Assembly: GCA_025356155.1 (NCBI GenBank)
Contig: JANXUQ010000096.1
Span: forward strand, 1,260-65,259
Length of the DNA: 64,000 bases
DNA from: Rhodoferax sp.
Lineage (GTDB): Bacteria; Pseudomonadota; Gammaproteobacteria; Burkholderiales; Burkholderiaceae_C
Direction of reading: 5' to 3'
Shown here piece by piece: positions 41,421 to 51,923 of the stretch. Each line of letters begins with the position of its first letter. The stretch's first letter is position 1. Under the pieces are notes generated by a model, which was not told the DNA's origin, ran no database searches, and was given only the letters and a program-made list of their open reading frames with translations. The position numbers and the translations under genes were made by a program.

Positions 41421-42143
41421 TGGTGGTTGCGTGGCCTGGCGCCAATAGGCCAGGCACGCGTCGGCCAAGGCCTGCGTGGGGTCAACGCTGATCGCCTGCA
41501 GACCCGACGCTATGTGGGCCAAGCCCACGGGCACCTCGGTGCAGGCCAGCACCAGCCGCGCGGCGCCACGCTCCACCAGGCGCTGCGCCGCCTGTTCCAG
41601 CAGCTTGCCACCGCGCTCCAATTCGCCTCGCTTGACAGCGTAGCAACCAGGCGTGAACAGGCTGTCCAGTTCCTCGGGTGTGTTGACGACGAAGGGGATG
41701 CCCCGCGCCTTCAAGTGGGGTTGGTAGAGCATGGCATCCAGCGTGCCGCGGGTGGCGATCAAACCCACCACCGCACCAGACGGCGCACTCGCCGCTTCCA
41801 ATGCATCCAGACTAGCCTGAATGATATGGATCAGCGGTGCCGGGCTGGCGGCGACCAACGCATCGAACCACGCATGCGCCGTGTTGCAGGGTATGACGAT
41901 GCGGGTCGCACCCGCCACGTTGAGCTGTGCAATGCCATGCAGCAGCGCAGGCAAAGGTGATTCGCCGGTGCCGGCCAAAGCCCTTTGGCGGTCGGGTATC
42001 TGCGGAACATTCCAGACCACCGTTGGGACATGGTCCTGGTCGCGCTGGGCTGGTGTGGATGCGATCAGCTTGCGTAAAAAATCCAAAGTCGCCAGCGGCC
42101 CCATGCCGCCCAGCACACCAATCAGTGGCGCAGCATCAGGCAT
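41406..42143 (-). CDS. Aspartate/glutamate racemase family protein (CuyB-like)
   Basis: GGMGPLAT, PCNTAH, LACTE two-Cys racemase motifs. Confidence 0.85.
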   Translation of the reverse strand: MPDAAPLIGVLGGMGPLATLDFLRKLIASTPAQRDQDHVPTVVWNVPQIPDRQRALAGTGESPLPALLHGIAQLNVAGATRIVIPCNTAHAWFDALVAASPAPLIHIIQASLDALEAASAPSGAVVGLIATRGTLDAMLYQPHLKARGIPFVVNTPEELDSLFTPGCYAVKRGELERGGKLLEQAAQRLVERGAARLVLACTEVPVGLAHIASGLQAISVDPTQALADACLAYWRQATQPPSTLE

Positions 42144-42146
42144 CGC

Positions 42147-43157
42147 TCAAAACGCGGCTTGCGGTGCCAATACACCCCGGTAGCCAAACAAGCCCACCGC
42201 GCCGCCCGTGTGCAGGAAAACGATGTTTTGCCCCTTGGTGAAATGCCCTTTGCGCACCAAATCCACCAGGCCGGCAAAGCCCTTGCCGCTGTACACCGGA
42301 TCCAGCAAAATGCCCTCGTGGCGCGCCAGCAGGTTCACGGCCTCGACCATGCCGTCGGTGGGCACGCCATAACCGCCGCCGACGTAATCGGCGTTAGCCA
42401 CCACCGTCTCATCAGGGAACTCGCCACGTGCGCCCAGTAAAGCCCAGGTCTGGCGCGCGAGTTTCCGCACATTGTCTTCCTGCTTGTCCCGCGGCGCGCG
42501 AACGCTGATGCCCAACACAGGTATGCGGCTATTGCAGCCCTGCAGGCCCACCACCAGGCCGGCCTGCGTGCCGGTGCTGCCCGTGGCATGCACCAGACAA
42601 TCCACCTTTAATCCAAGCTCGTTGGTTTGACTGACGATCTCGTGCGCGGCGACTACATAGCCCAAGGCGCCCACAGGGTTGGAGCCACCACCGGGGATTA
42701 GGTAAGGCTTCTCGCCAGCCGCACGCAGGCGCTCGCCTACCGCAATCAGTTCGTGGTTCATGTCCAGCCCGGCAGGGCGTGTCTCCAGCGTGGCGCCGAA
42801 AATCTGGTCCAGCAACACGTTGCCGCTGCTGTAGTAATCGGCATGCGCGCCGCTGACGCGCTCTTCCAGCAAGGCGGTGGTTTTCATCCCATGTTTGTTG
42901 GCCGCGGCAATGGTCTGGCGAACATGGTTGGACTGGGTCGCGCCCTGGGTAACGATGTGGGTGGCGCCCTGTGCCAAGGCCTCGCCGATCAAAAATTCCA
43001 GCTTGCGCGTCTTGTTGCCGCCCGTTGCCAGGCCGGTGTTGTCATCCCGCTTGATGTAGATGTTGGGGCCATTCAACAACCGGGTGATACTGGGTAGAAA
43101 CTCAAACGGCGTGGGGGCCTGGGTCAGGCGGACACGTGCGAAAGAGGAGAGGTTCAT
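42147..43157 (-). CDS. D-cysteine desulfhydrase family PLP enzyme (CuyA-like cysteate sulfo-lyase)
   Basis: [37 protein letters not shown]. Confidence 0.88.
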   Translation of the reverse strand: MNLSSFARVRLTQAPTPFEFLPSITRLLNGPNIYIKRDDNTGLATGGNKTRKLEFLIGEALAQGATHIVTQGATQSNHVRQTIAAANKHGMKTTALLEERVSGAHADYYSSGNVLLDQIFGATLETRPAGLDMNHELIAVGERLRAAGEKPYLIPGGGSNPVGALGYVVAAHEIVSQTNELGLKVDCLVHATGSTGTQAGLVVGLQGCNSRIPVLGISVRAPRDKQEDNVRKLARQTWALLGARGEFPDETVVANADYVGGGYGVPTDGMVEAVNLLARHEGILLDPVYSGKGFAGLVDLVRKGHFTKGQNIVFLHTGGAVGLFGYRGVLAPQAAF

Positions 43158-43186
43158 GGGGGTAGGCTCCAGAGTAATAAATCAGG

Positions 43187-44191
43187 TTAAGACAGGCCAA
43201 GCAAACCGCGCATGGCACCACCGCCAAGCCGCTCACCCGCGCGGTGCGCCTGCACCATTTTCAGCAGCTTGGCATTGACCGGTGCTGCCGTGCCGTGTTG
43301 CTTGGCCAGACGCACCACAGCACCACACAGATCGTCAATTTCGGTTGTGCGACCTTTCTGCAAATCGTCCCACATGGACGATCGCGCCGATGGGTCTATG
43401 CGCAGCATGCGCGACGCCACGACCTTGAACAAGAAATCCGGCAAGCGCAATATCTTGGGCAATAGACGCGGTGGCGCACTGGCCACCTTGGCCGGCGCTA
43501 TGCCCGCAGCATCCATGGCGCGCAGCGCCTCGGTCTGCAACGCAGCCAGCACCACACGGTAGTGGCGGTCCATCAATTCCTCGCGCAACGGCAGGTCTGA
43601 CAAAGCATTGACCGGGTTGTTCAGGTTGAGCAGCAGCTTGCCCCATTGCACGGCCTGCATATCGGGCACCACCTCCATGGGCAGGCCCGCTGCGCCACAA
43701 CAGGTTGCCACCTCGGCGCTCACGGCCGACGGCCCGATCTGCAAATGCCCGGTCGTTGCGCGGTGCACCTTGGCCGGACTGGTCAACACCACGTTGTAGG
43801 GCACCATGCCCGCCACCACCTCCAGGTGCGGCGCGGCGCCGCGGATACGCTGCACGTTGTCGACGCCGTTTTGCAAGGAGATGACCGTTGCCCCCGCGGT
43901 GAACGCAGCACCTATCTCGGCAGCCGCCTGGGCCGTGGCACCACCCTTCACACACAGCAGCACAACCGGCGCCCCGCTGCGGTCCACATCGGCCACGGAA
44001 ACAGCGAAGCGCAAGCGGTCGGCCGGCACGTGGGCGCCGAAGCCATCCATGTCGGATACACGCAGCCCGTTTGCGGCGATCTCGCCCAGAATGGCGGGCC
44101 GCCCCACCAGACTGACGTGCTGCCCGGCGGCGGCAAGCCGTGCACCAACATAACAACCAATGGCGCCAGCGCCTACAACGATGAAGTGCAT
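43187..44191 (-). CDS. panE: 2-dehydropantoate 2-reductase family protein
   Basis: GAGAIG, LCVK, SLQNG, WGKLLLN, SSMWDDL, TEID. Confidence 0.82.
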   Translation of the reverse strand: MHFIVVGAGAIGCYVGARLAAAGQHVSLVGRPAILGEIAANGLRVSDMDGFGAHVPADRLRFAVSVADVDRSGAPVVLLCVKGGATAQAAAEIGAAFTAGATVISLQNGVDNVQRIRGAAPHLEVVAGMVPYNVVLTSPAKVHRATTGHLQIGPSAVSAEVATCCGAAGLPMEVVPDMQAVQWGKLLLNLNNPVNALSDLPLREELMDRHYRVVLAALQTEALRAMDAAGIAPAKVASAPPRLLPKILRLPDFLFKVVASRMLRIDPSARSSMWDDLQKGRTTEIDDLCGAVVRLAKQHGTAAPVNAKLLKMVQAHRAGERLGGGAMRGLLGLS

Positions 44192-44281
44192 AAATCGGTA
44201 CCCGGTAACGGATGGAAGCGGTAACAGACGGCGTATTCACGCCCAATGCGCACAGTATCGCTGCCCCGCGCAGCCAAGCCA

Positions 44282-46300
44282 TCAACGGACCAGCATTGCC
44301 TCCTCAAAGGCGCTCGGTCGGGTCTGGCTGAACATCAGCGTTAACGTGCGGCTGCAGCGTGTCATGGCGACATACATTAGGTTGCGCTCGTCATCCATCG
44401 TGCCGCCATCATCCGCCGGGAACTCGCCGCGCGCGATAAACGGAATGGTCACCCGCTCAAACTCCAGCCCCTTGACACTGGGAATGTCGCACAAAACCAG
44501 TCCATTTTTGCGCGCTTTGGCATCGCTCTGCTTCTCATACGACAGCTCCAGTCCATTGACGTGGCGAAAAAATGCCGCAGCACCGTCGAAAATTTTTGCT
44601 GCCTGTTGCAAGCCCTCCAGATGTGCGACCGCGTCTGCGCAGCGTTGGCGTTCCACCCAGTGGCGGGCGGCCAGGCCTGGCATATCCAGCGCGTGGAGCA
44701 TCGCTTCAAACATGGCGTCCCCTTGCTGCGTTGCCACTACCGCCATGGCGGCCTCAAGACGGCGGCGAATAGCGGGCTCGGCCTTTGCAATCACCTGTCT
44801 CTTGAGGAAGGTGGCCAGCAGCGTTTGGTCGTGAACAATCTCCTTGACGGCAAAGTTGAGGCGCTCCTCCTGCGACTCTGTTTCGCTCTCGGCAAAATCT
44901 AGCTGCACACCCGCAAGATCCACCAGGGCCTGCACCATGCGGTGGCGCGCGCTGAGACTGGTGACCAGTTCAAACTCGGGGTGGGCTACCGACAGCAGCG
45001 CCCGGACCAGCAACACCTCCGGGCGGTGCAAATACGTGGGGAACGGGTAGGTGCGGTAGGGGATGTCCTGCTCCAGCAAAAAGTTTTCAATCAACACCGA
45101 CTGGTGCGGATGGCGCAGCAAGACCACAAACTGGTTCATGCGCCCGCCGGCGCGCAACCACGCGGCAGCGTCTTCCACAATCTTTTGCGCACACTCCAGC
45201 GGCGCGGCGTAGAAGAAGGGGGCCACCTGCGTCTGGTGTTTGGCAAACGACGCATAGGCTTTGGACGCCAGGCTGCCCGCCAACTCGGCAAGGCTGACCG
45301 AGAACCGGTACGAGCCGTCCAAGGGCATGCGGCTGGCCTGGCGCCCGGTCTCTTGTGCAAAGTACATGGCATCCATGAACTTGGGCTCGGCACCGGCCTT
45401 TTGGTGCAGCACCTGGTCAGGGTCGCCCACGCCGCAAAAGCTGGCCTGCACATTGCTCTCCAGCAAACGCCGCAGCAGCGTGAACATGGCCTCGTTCATG
45501 TCATGGAACTCATCCACACACAACAAATGCAAACCGCCGGGCCAGCGGGAGAACATGTTTTGCGGCAGGGCAACCGACATGTCACCCACCGTGCTGGCCA
45601 GGTCGTAGGTGGCATCGCCAGGCGAGCGAAACACGGGTGGCTCTTCTTCAGAAGGCCTGCGAAGATGCTCAAACCGCTCCAGCACATTCAGCACCGTGTA
45701 GTCCTCCCCCGTGTTGTCGGCCAGCTGGGTGTCGATGTTTTCACCCAGCCACCGTGCCTTGGGCAACACCAACTTGCCCTTGACACGCAAGCTCTGGTGG
45801 ATGAAGTGTTCGTAAAAACCACTGCCCTCATCGCCGGGGAGTTGGAGGTGGTGATCGCCCCGCCGGTCAGCGCGCGCGCGCACCTCTTGTATGCATTGCG
45901 CAATGGTGTCCCTGAGCGCCTCGGGCGAGGTGGCCAGCCTGGCGCGGCCGCCCTCCAGATCCTGGAGCATGTACAGCGCAAATTCGTCGAAGGTGTTGAC
46001 CCAGAGTTCCTGGATGAGTTCGGCCGCAACACCGATCTTCTCTAGCGCCCGGCGGAACGCCAGCCCCGCGACTTCGGTGTAGGTCAGCACCAGGATTTTT
46101 TTGGGGCTGTAGCGCCCGGTTTCTTGCCGCTGCAACGCCAGCATCTCCGCGACCTTAAGCGCCAGGCTGGTGGTTTTGGCGGCCCCCGCGTTGGCGTCGA
46201 CAATGATCGACAGGTGGCGGCTGGTTTGAATGTCCAGCTGCTGTTGCGACGGAGTGATGTTCTGGGGGCTGAAAAGCGGTGATGCAGTCATTGCCGCCAT
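44282..46300 (-). CDS. UvrD/Rep-family SF1 helicase
   Basis: ANAGAAKTT, LTYT, VDEFHD, VGDPDQ, SYRF, KGLEF, ERNLMYVAMTR. Confidence 0.88.
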   Translation of the reverse strand: MAAMTASPLFSPQNITPSQQQLDIQTSRHLSIIVDANAGAAKTTSLALKVAEMLALQRQETGRYSPKKILVLTYTEVAGLAFRRALEKIGVAAELIQELWVNTFDEFALYMLQDLEGGRARLATSPEALRDTIAQCIQEVRARADRRGDHHLQLPGDEGSGFYEHFIHQSLRVKGKLVLPKARWLGENIDTQLADNTGEDYTVLNVLERFEHLRRPSEEEPPVFRSPGDATYDLASTVGDMSVALPQNMFSRWPGGLHLLCVDEFHDMNEAMFTLLRRLLESNVQASFCGVGDPDQVLHQKAGAEPKFMDAMYFAQETGRQASRMPLDGSYRFSVSLAELAGSLASKAYASFAKHQTQVAPFFYAAPLECAQKIVEDAAAWLRAGGRMNQFVVLLRHPHQSVLIENFLLEQDIPYRTYPFPTYLHRPEVLLVRALLSVAHPEFELVTSLSARHRMVQALVDLAGVQLDFAESETESQEERLNFAVKEIVHDQTLLATFLKRQVIAKAEPAIRRRLEAAMAVVATQQGDAMFEAMLHALDMPGLAARHWVERQRCADAVAHLEGLQQAAKIFDGAAAFFRHVNGLELSYEKQSDAKARKNGLVLCDIPSVKGLEFERVTIPFIARGEFPADDGGTMDDERNLMYVAMTRCSRTLTLMFSQTRPSAFEEAMLVR

Positions 46301-46348
46301 CTTAAGCGGACGCGACCTGCCGTCCGATGCAGCCGATCAACTTTTATA

Positions 46349-46402
46349 ACATCGGGCTGTAGCCCTCGTAAAATATGGCTACCTCGCTATACAAAATATA
46401 GC
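46349..46402 (-). repeat. 54-bp dispersed element, copy 6
   Basis: Minus strand GCTAT-N7-ATAGC-N17-CGAGGGCTAC-AGCCCGATGT. Confidence 0.8.
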
Positions 46403-46424
46403 AAATACGATAATAGCTCGCGCC

Positions 46425-46530
46425 GGGAAGTCTGGGCGACTGGGCGTTCTGCTCCGTGTCCCCCGCCCTCCGGCCTTCGCCTGCGGGCTCCTCCTTGACC
46501 TGCGCAGAATGCCCAGTCGCCCAGCCTCCC
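46425..46530. repeat. Long inverted repeat / hairpin element
   Basis: CTGGGCGACTGGGCGTTCTGC (46432-46452) versus GCAGAATGCCCAGTCGCCCAG (46504-46524), 20/21 complementary. Confidence 0.75.
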
Positions 46531-47253
46531 CTAGTGCCCGCCGCCGAGGTAGGCCGCCTTCACCGCCGGGTCATCGCGCAGCTTGCTAGCCTCGCCGTGC
46601 ACCGAGATGCGGCCGTTCTCCAGCACGTAGCCGTAGTCCGCCACCTTCAGCGCGGCTGCGGCAAACTGCTCGACCAGCAACATGGTCACGCCGCGGGATT
46701 TCAGGTCACCGATGATGCGGAAGACTTCCTCCACCAGAATCGGCGCCAGCCCCATCGAAGGTTCGTCCAGCAGCACGATCTCCGGGTTAAGCATGACAGC
46801 CCGCGCCATGGCCAGCATCTGCTGCTCGCCACCCGACAGCGTACCGGCAAGCTGGTTGCGCCGCTCCTTGAGGCGGGGGAACAGCTCCATAGCCCGCTCC
46901 AGATCACCCGCCACATCGCCCTTGGGGCGGCTGCCGGTCAGGCGCGGGAAGGCGCCCAGGATCAGGTTATCGGTCACCGTCATCGTGGCGAACACGCGCC
47001 GACCTTCGGGCGAATGGGCCAGACCCTGCTTGGCAATGGCATACGACTCCAGCCCGTCGATGCGCTTGCCGTGCAGGCTGATCTCGCCCGCTGTGGGCTT
47101 GATCATGCCGGACACCGCACGCATCGTCGTGGTCTTGCCGGCGCCGTTGGAGCCGATCAGCGTGACGACCTTTCCCTTGGGGATGTCCATCGAAATGCCG
47201 TGCAGCACCTGCACCTTGCCGTAGCCAGCTTCGAGATTCTTGATTTGCAACAT
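46531..47253 (-). CDS. livF: Branched-chain amino acid-type ABC transporter ATPase (LivF-like)
   Basis: GSNGAGKTT, PEGRRVF, LSGGEQQM, LLDEPSMGL. Confidence 0.9.
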   Translation of the reverse strand: MLQIKNLEAGYGKVQVLHGISMDIPKGKVVTLIGSNGAGKTTTMRAVSGMIKPTAGEISLHGKRIDGLESYAIAKQGLAHSPEGRRVFATMTVTDNLILGAFPRLTGSRPKGDVAGDLERAMELFPRLKERRNQLAGTLSGGEQQMLAMARAVMLNPEIVLLDEPSMGLAPILVEEVFRIIGDLKSRGVTMLLVEQFAAAALKVADYGYVLENGRISVHGEASKLRDDPAVKAAYLGGGH

Positions 47254-47281
47254 GGTGTGTACGTCTCGCGCCTTGACTAAG

Positions 47282-49218
47282 TTAAGCTGCCGTGCCGCCG
47301 AGGTAAGCCTCGATGACCTTTTCATTTGCCTGCACTTCGGCCGGTTTGCCTTCGGCAATCTTCTGTCCAAAGTCCAGCACCGAAACCGAATCGCAGATGG
47401 CCATGACCACGTCCATGTGGTGCTCGATCAGGATCACGGTGATGCCATGGTCCCGGATCTTGCGGATGATGGTGACCAGCTCCTTGATGTCGGGTGCGGT
47501 CAGGCCCGCGGCGGGCTCGTCCAGCAACAACAGCTGCGGGTCCAGCGCTAGGGCGCGTGCAATTTCGAGTAAGCGCTGTTTGCCATACGGCAGGTTGCGC
47601 GCTTCTTCATGGGCCAGACCGGTCAGGCCTACAAAATCAATCAAGCCCAGGCCGCGTTGCACCGACGCACTCTCCTCGCGCCGGTAACGCGGTGTGTGCA
47701 GCGACACATCCACGATGTTGCTCGCAAACGTATGGTGCAGGCCCACCTGGATGTTTTGCAGCGCCGTCATCTCGCCAAACAATTGCACGTTCTGGAAGGT
47801 GCGTGCGATGCCGGACAGCGCGATGTCGGACGAGGTACGCCCCACGACCGAACGCCCGGCAAAATCGACACTGCCCGCCGTGGGCACGTAGATGCCGGTC
47901 AGCACATTCATCATCGTGCTCTTGCCCGAACCATTGGGTCCGATCAGGCCGTGGATGGTGCCGCGCTTGATATTCAGGTCCACCAGGTTGATGGCCTTGA
48001 GGCCGCCAAACTGCATCAGCACACCCTTGGCCACCAACAGGTCGCTGCCCGCCGCCACATGGCCGGTATTGGCTGCCACCATGATGGAGTCCTTGGTCGG
48101 GTCCGCCGCGCGCACTGCGCTGTCGGCCGCGTTGTGGCCTTTGCGCATAAACAGGCTGCGCGCAAAGCCCACAATGCCATCCTGCAGGTAATACACGACA
48201 AAAAGAATCATCAGCCCGAAGATGCTGAGCCGCCAGTCGGTGATGGACTGCAACCAGAACGAGAACCCGGCCAGCGCGATCGTGCCGACCACGGGCACGG
48301 CCATGGCCTTGGGTGTGGTCATCTTCTTTGCAATGGCGATGGCGCCGCCCACCAGCATCAGCACGGCCAGTGCGGACGCCACGATGCGGAACAACTCCAG
48401 GTCATCCAGCAGCTTGGGCAAGATCACGATGATGGCCGCGCCCAGCAAGGCACCGGTGCGCGTCTTGCGACCGCCCATGATGACGGCCAGCAGAAACATC
48501 ACTGTCAGCTCGAAGTTGTAGGTGTTGGGTGAAATGTATTGCTCGGAATACGCATACAGGCAACCCGCCAGGCCCGCATAGCCGGCGCTGATGACAAAGG
48601 CATAGACTTTGTAGCGGTAGACCGACACACCCATGCAATCCGACGCCACGGGGCTGCCGCGCAGCGCTTCAAAAGCGCGGCCGAGTTGTGAGCGCAAAAT
48701 GCGGTCGGCCACCACCAGCGACAGCACCATCAACCCGAACACCAGCCAGTAAAAGCCGTTTTCGTTGAATTGCATGCCGGCGATGGACGGCTTGGGGATC
48801 TTGATGCCCAGCGGCCCCTCGGTCAGGAAATCCATCTCGTTGATCAGGATCTGGATGATGGTGCCGAAGGCCAATGTCACCATCGCCAAATAGGGGCCTG
48901 ACACGCGCAAGGCCGGCAAAGCCAGAAGCGCGCCAAACCCGGCTGTGACCGCAATGCTGGTGGGAATGATGAGCCACAGCGGCGCACCCAGCTTGAGGAA
49001 CAACACACCTGCCGTATATGAGCCCACGCCAAACAGGCCGGCATGGCCCAGCGACACCTGGCCGGTATAGCCCACCACAATATCCAGGCCAAACAACAGA
49101 ATGGCGTAGATCATGATCGTGCCGATCATGTGGATGTATACGAATTGCTGGTGAAAAACGGCGCGCAGGCGAGCAGGGTCAGGCCTGCCACCGCCGTGAA
49201 AAACGACTTGCGGTTCAT
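47282..49218 (-). CDS. Fused permease/ATPase (LivM-LivG type) with apparent 1-nt frameshift near 49139
   Basis: GYTGQVSLGHA, GPYLAMVTLAF, GPNGSGKST, LPYGKQR; first TM (MNRKSFF...) is in another frame from ATG 49218; intact frame starts at 49129. Confidence 0.85.
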
Positions 49219-49222
49219 GGGG

Positions 49223-50098
49223 TCAGACTTTCTTGATCGCGGTTTTGCCAAACAGGCCGGAGGGCTTGAACGCCAGCACCAGCAGCAACAGCACCAGGCC
49301 CGGCACATCCTTGTAGCCGGTGGAGATGTAGAAGCCGGTCGTCGTCTCGGCCACACCCAGAATAATGCCGCCGACGATGATGCCCATCCCGCTGGTCAGG
49401 CCGCCAATGATGGCCACTGCAAAAGCCTTGAGACCCAGCACCGCACCCATGGTGGCGCCGGTTAATGTGAGGGGTGCAATCAGCGCACCGGCAAAACCTG
49501 CGGTGGCCGATGACAGCGCATACGAGAACGTGATCACCAGCCCGGTGTTGATGCCCATCAGTTTGGCGGCGTCGCGGTCGTTGAAGGTGGCAACAACGGC
49601 CTTGCCGTAGATGGTCTTGCGGTTGAAAAACTCCACCGCCAGCATCATCAGCACCGCGCCCACGACCACCAGTATTTCCATGGGCAACACGTTGGCGCCA
49701 AAGACCTTGATCGGCGCTTCAGGCAGCGGCGATGGGAACTTCAAGTCGTCGCGGCCCCAGATGTTTTCGGCCACATTCTTGAAGATGATGCCCAACGCGA
49801 TGGTGGACATGATCCAGCCAAACTCGCTCTTGATCTTGATGGCCGGGCGCACGCCGATCCACTCCACAATGCCGCCTTGCAGCATGCCAAACACGATGAC
49901 GATGGGCAGCATCAGCCAGAAGTTGACGCCCGCATTGACCAGCGTCAGGCCCACCATGGCGCCTAGCATCAGCGCATCGCCCTGGCCGAAGTTAAGCGTG
50001 TCTGAAGTTTGGAATGTGAGCTGGTAGCCAAAGGCAATGACCGCGTAGATCATGCCCAGTGCGATACCGCTGTAGACCAGTTGAAGCAGGATTTCCAT
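49223..50098 (-). CDS. livH: Branched-chain amino acid-type ABC permease (LivH-like)
   Basis: GMIYA, NFGQG, AAKLMGIN, KAFAVAIIGG, KPSGLFG. Confidence 0.9.
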   Translation of the reverse strand: MEILLQLVYSGIALGMIYAVIAFGYQLTFQTSDTLNFGQGDALMLGAMVGLTLVNAGVNFWLMLPIVIVFGMLQGGIVEWIGVRPAIKIKSEFGWIMSTIALGIIFKNVAENIWGRDDLKFPSPLPEAPIKVFGANVLPMEILVVVGAVLMMLAVEFFNRKTIYGKAVVATFNDRDAAKLMGINTGLVITFSYALSSATAGFAGALIAPLTLTGATMGAVLGLKAFAVAIIGGLTSGMGIIVGGIILGVAETTTGFYISTGYKDVPGLVLLLLVLAFKPSGLFGKTAIKKV

Positions 50099-50212
50099 AA
50101 ATTGCACTCACCGAAAAATCAACCACACGAAAGACGCCCGTCATAAAAAGACACCGCGACAGTCTGATCGACCGACGCGGTGCTTGCATGCCAGGCAACG
50201 AAGCGGTACGAC

Positions 50213-51460
50213 TTACTTCTTGACCGCCAATGCGCCCTTTGCGTTCACGTCCTTGACGCGCACTTCAGAGGCTTTTTTGAAGTCGTCAGCGTAGGCATAA
50301 ACCACGCGTTGGCCCTTGACCTCGCCAAACACCGGGATGTTGGCTGTGATGGCTTCATGGTCCTTGGTGGTGAAGGGTTTGTTGTACGTGGTGACAACAC
50401 CTTCAACGGGAGCCTTCAGGTCTTCCAGTGCGGCCTTGATCTTGGGGCCGTCAGTTGAACCGGCCTGCTTGATAGCGGCGGCCAGCAGGTAGATAGAGTC
50501 ATAGCCTTGCGCCGCCGACACGGGAGAGTCGATGCGTGCATTCTTGGGGTTGAAGGTCTTCAAGTAGCTGATGATGAAGGACTGGCGCTTAGGCGTGGTG
50601 GGCTCTTGCACAAAGGTCTGCGGCATCCGCGCGCCTTCGCCGCCGGGGCCGGCGTTGTCGATGTAGTTGGCCATCGACAGTGTCCAACTGCCAACCATCG
50701 GCACCTTCCAGCCCAGCTTGGTCATGCCGTTGGCGATCTGCGCCAGCTCTGGGCCAATTCCGTAGGTCAACACAGCCTCTGCACCGGCTTCTTTGGCCTT
50801 GAGCAGCTGCGCGGTCATGTCCACATCTTTGATGTTGAACTTCTCAACCGCGACCGCCTTGATGCCCTTGAGCTCCAGTGCCTTTTCCAGATCAGCCCGG
50901 CCCAGCTGACCGTAATTGGTAGAGTCGGCCAGGATCGCAACCTTCTTGAAGCCGCGGCGGGTGATGGCCTCTTCCACAATCATCGGGGCCTGGATGCTGT
51001 CGTGTGCAGCATTGCGGAAAATGTAGTTCTCGGGCTGGTCATCAAACTGGTGTGTGACGGCAGAACCGGTGGCCACGTTATTCATGACCGGAATCTTCGC
51101 TTCCTGAAAGAAACGCTGCGATGCCAGCGCCACGCCAGTATTGATGTAGCCCACGGCGGCTGTCACCTTTTCCTTATTGATCAATTCTTGGGCGATCTGC
51201 ACGCCGCGTTCGTTCTTGGCCTCGTCATCGCGCTCGACGACTTGCAATTGGCGGCCCAGCACACCACCGGCTTTGTTGATTTCATCGACTGCCAGCCTGA
51301 CGCCATCACGCATGCTCACGCCCATGGAGGAAGATCCGCCGGTGAAAGGGCCGGCTACACCGATCTTGATGTTGTCGGCAGCAAAGGCCACCCCCGACAG
51401 GCACAACAGCGCGGAGGCCATTGCTGCGTGGGAAGCCAATTTTGTTAAACGGATATGCAT
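50213..51460 (-). CDS. Branched-chain amino acid-type ABC substrate-binding protein
   Basis: Signal peptide, IKIG, INKAGGVLGR, DD, YIFR, GYD. Confidence 0.9.
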   Translation of the reverse strand: MHIRLTKLASHAAMASALLCLSGVAFAADNIKIGVAGPFTGGSSSMGVSMRDGVRLAVDEINKAGGVLGRQLQVVERDDEAKNERGVQIAQELINKEKVTAAVGYINTGVALASQRFFQEAKIPVMNNVATGSAVTHQFDDQPENYIFRNAAHDSIQAPMIVEEAITRRGFKKVAILADSTNYGQLGRADLEKALELKGIKAVAVEKFNIKDVDMTAQLLKAKEAGAEAVLTYGIGPELAQIANGMTKLGWKVPMVGSWTLSMANYIDNAGPGGEGARMPQTFVQEPTTPKRQSFIISYLKTFNPKNARIDSPVSAAQGYDSIYLLAAAIKQAGSTDGPKIKAALEDLKAPVEGVVTTYNKPFTTKDHEAITANIPVFGEVKGQRVVYAYADDFKKASEVRVKDVNAKGALAVKK

Positions 51461-51822
51461 GCTGTCTCCTATTGATTTAAAAAACCACGTCTTTGCGTTT
51501 TATTCCTCGCCCCTAATTTAGCAACTTCGGCCTTCGCAAGGCTGACACGCTGCTGAAGCCCGACGGTCAAATGGGGTGAATTTATTTCAGGCGCACCGCA
51601 AATTTCCTTCATGTGTCTCTTGGCTTTTGATCCCATCCGCCAATGTGCGCCAATCCAGGCTGCAAATTCCTAGGGTTAACCCGTGGTAACAAAAATGAAG
51701 ACCGCAGCAGGTCCCTCCAATTTTGGGTTCGCGGGCGTACAGACCTTCCATTGGGCTGGCGCTGAAGATGCTCCAGCGCACATTCAGGCTGGCAGGGGAA
51801 TTCAAAATTCTTTCACCATTTT

Positions 51823-51849
51823 TGAATCCAGTTACCAGGTTCTCCCGTA
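51823..51849 (+). promoter_or_regulatory. Possible ECF sigma promoter of the DUF4331 gene
   Basis: TGAATCC-N16-CGTA. Confidence 0.4.
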
Positions 51850-51923
51850 TTGGCGTTAAGTGCCGTTCGCTTTAGTGGCTTACGGAACCCAGAACTTCTT
51901 TTCCGTCCTTTTAGGAGTCAGAT

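Noticed and set aside
51461-51923. Riboswitch or sRNA in the long intergenic region
   Set aside because: No recognisable aptamer or terminator by eye; an Infernal/Rfam scan would be needed
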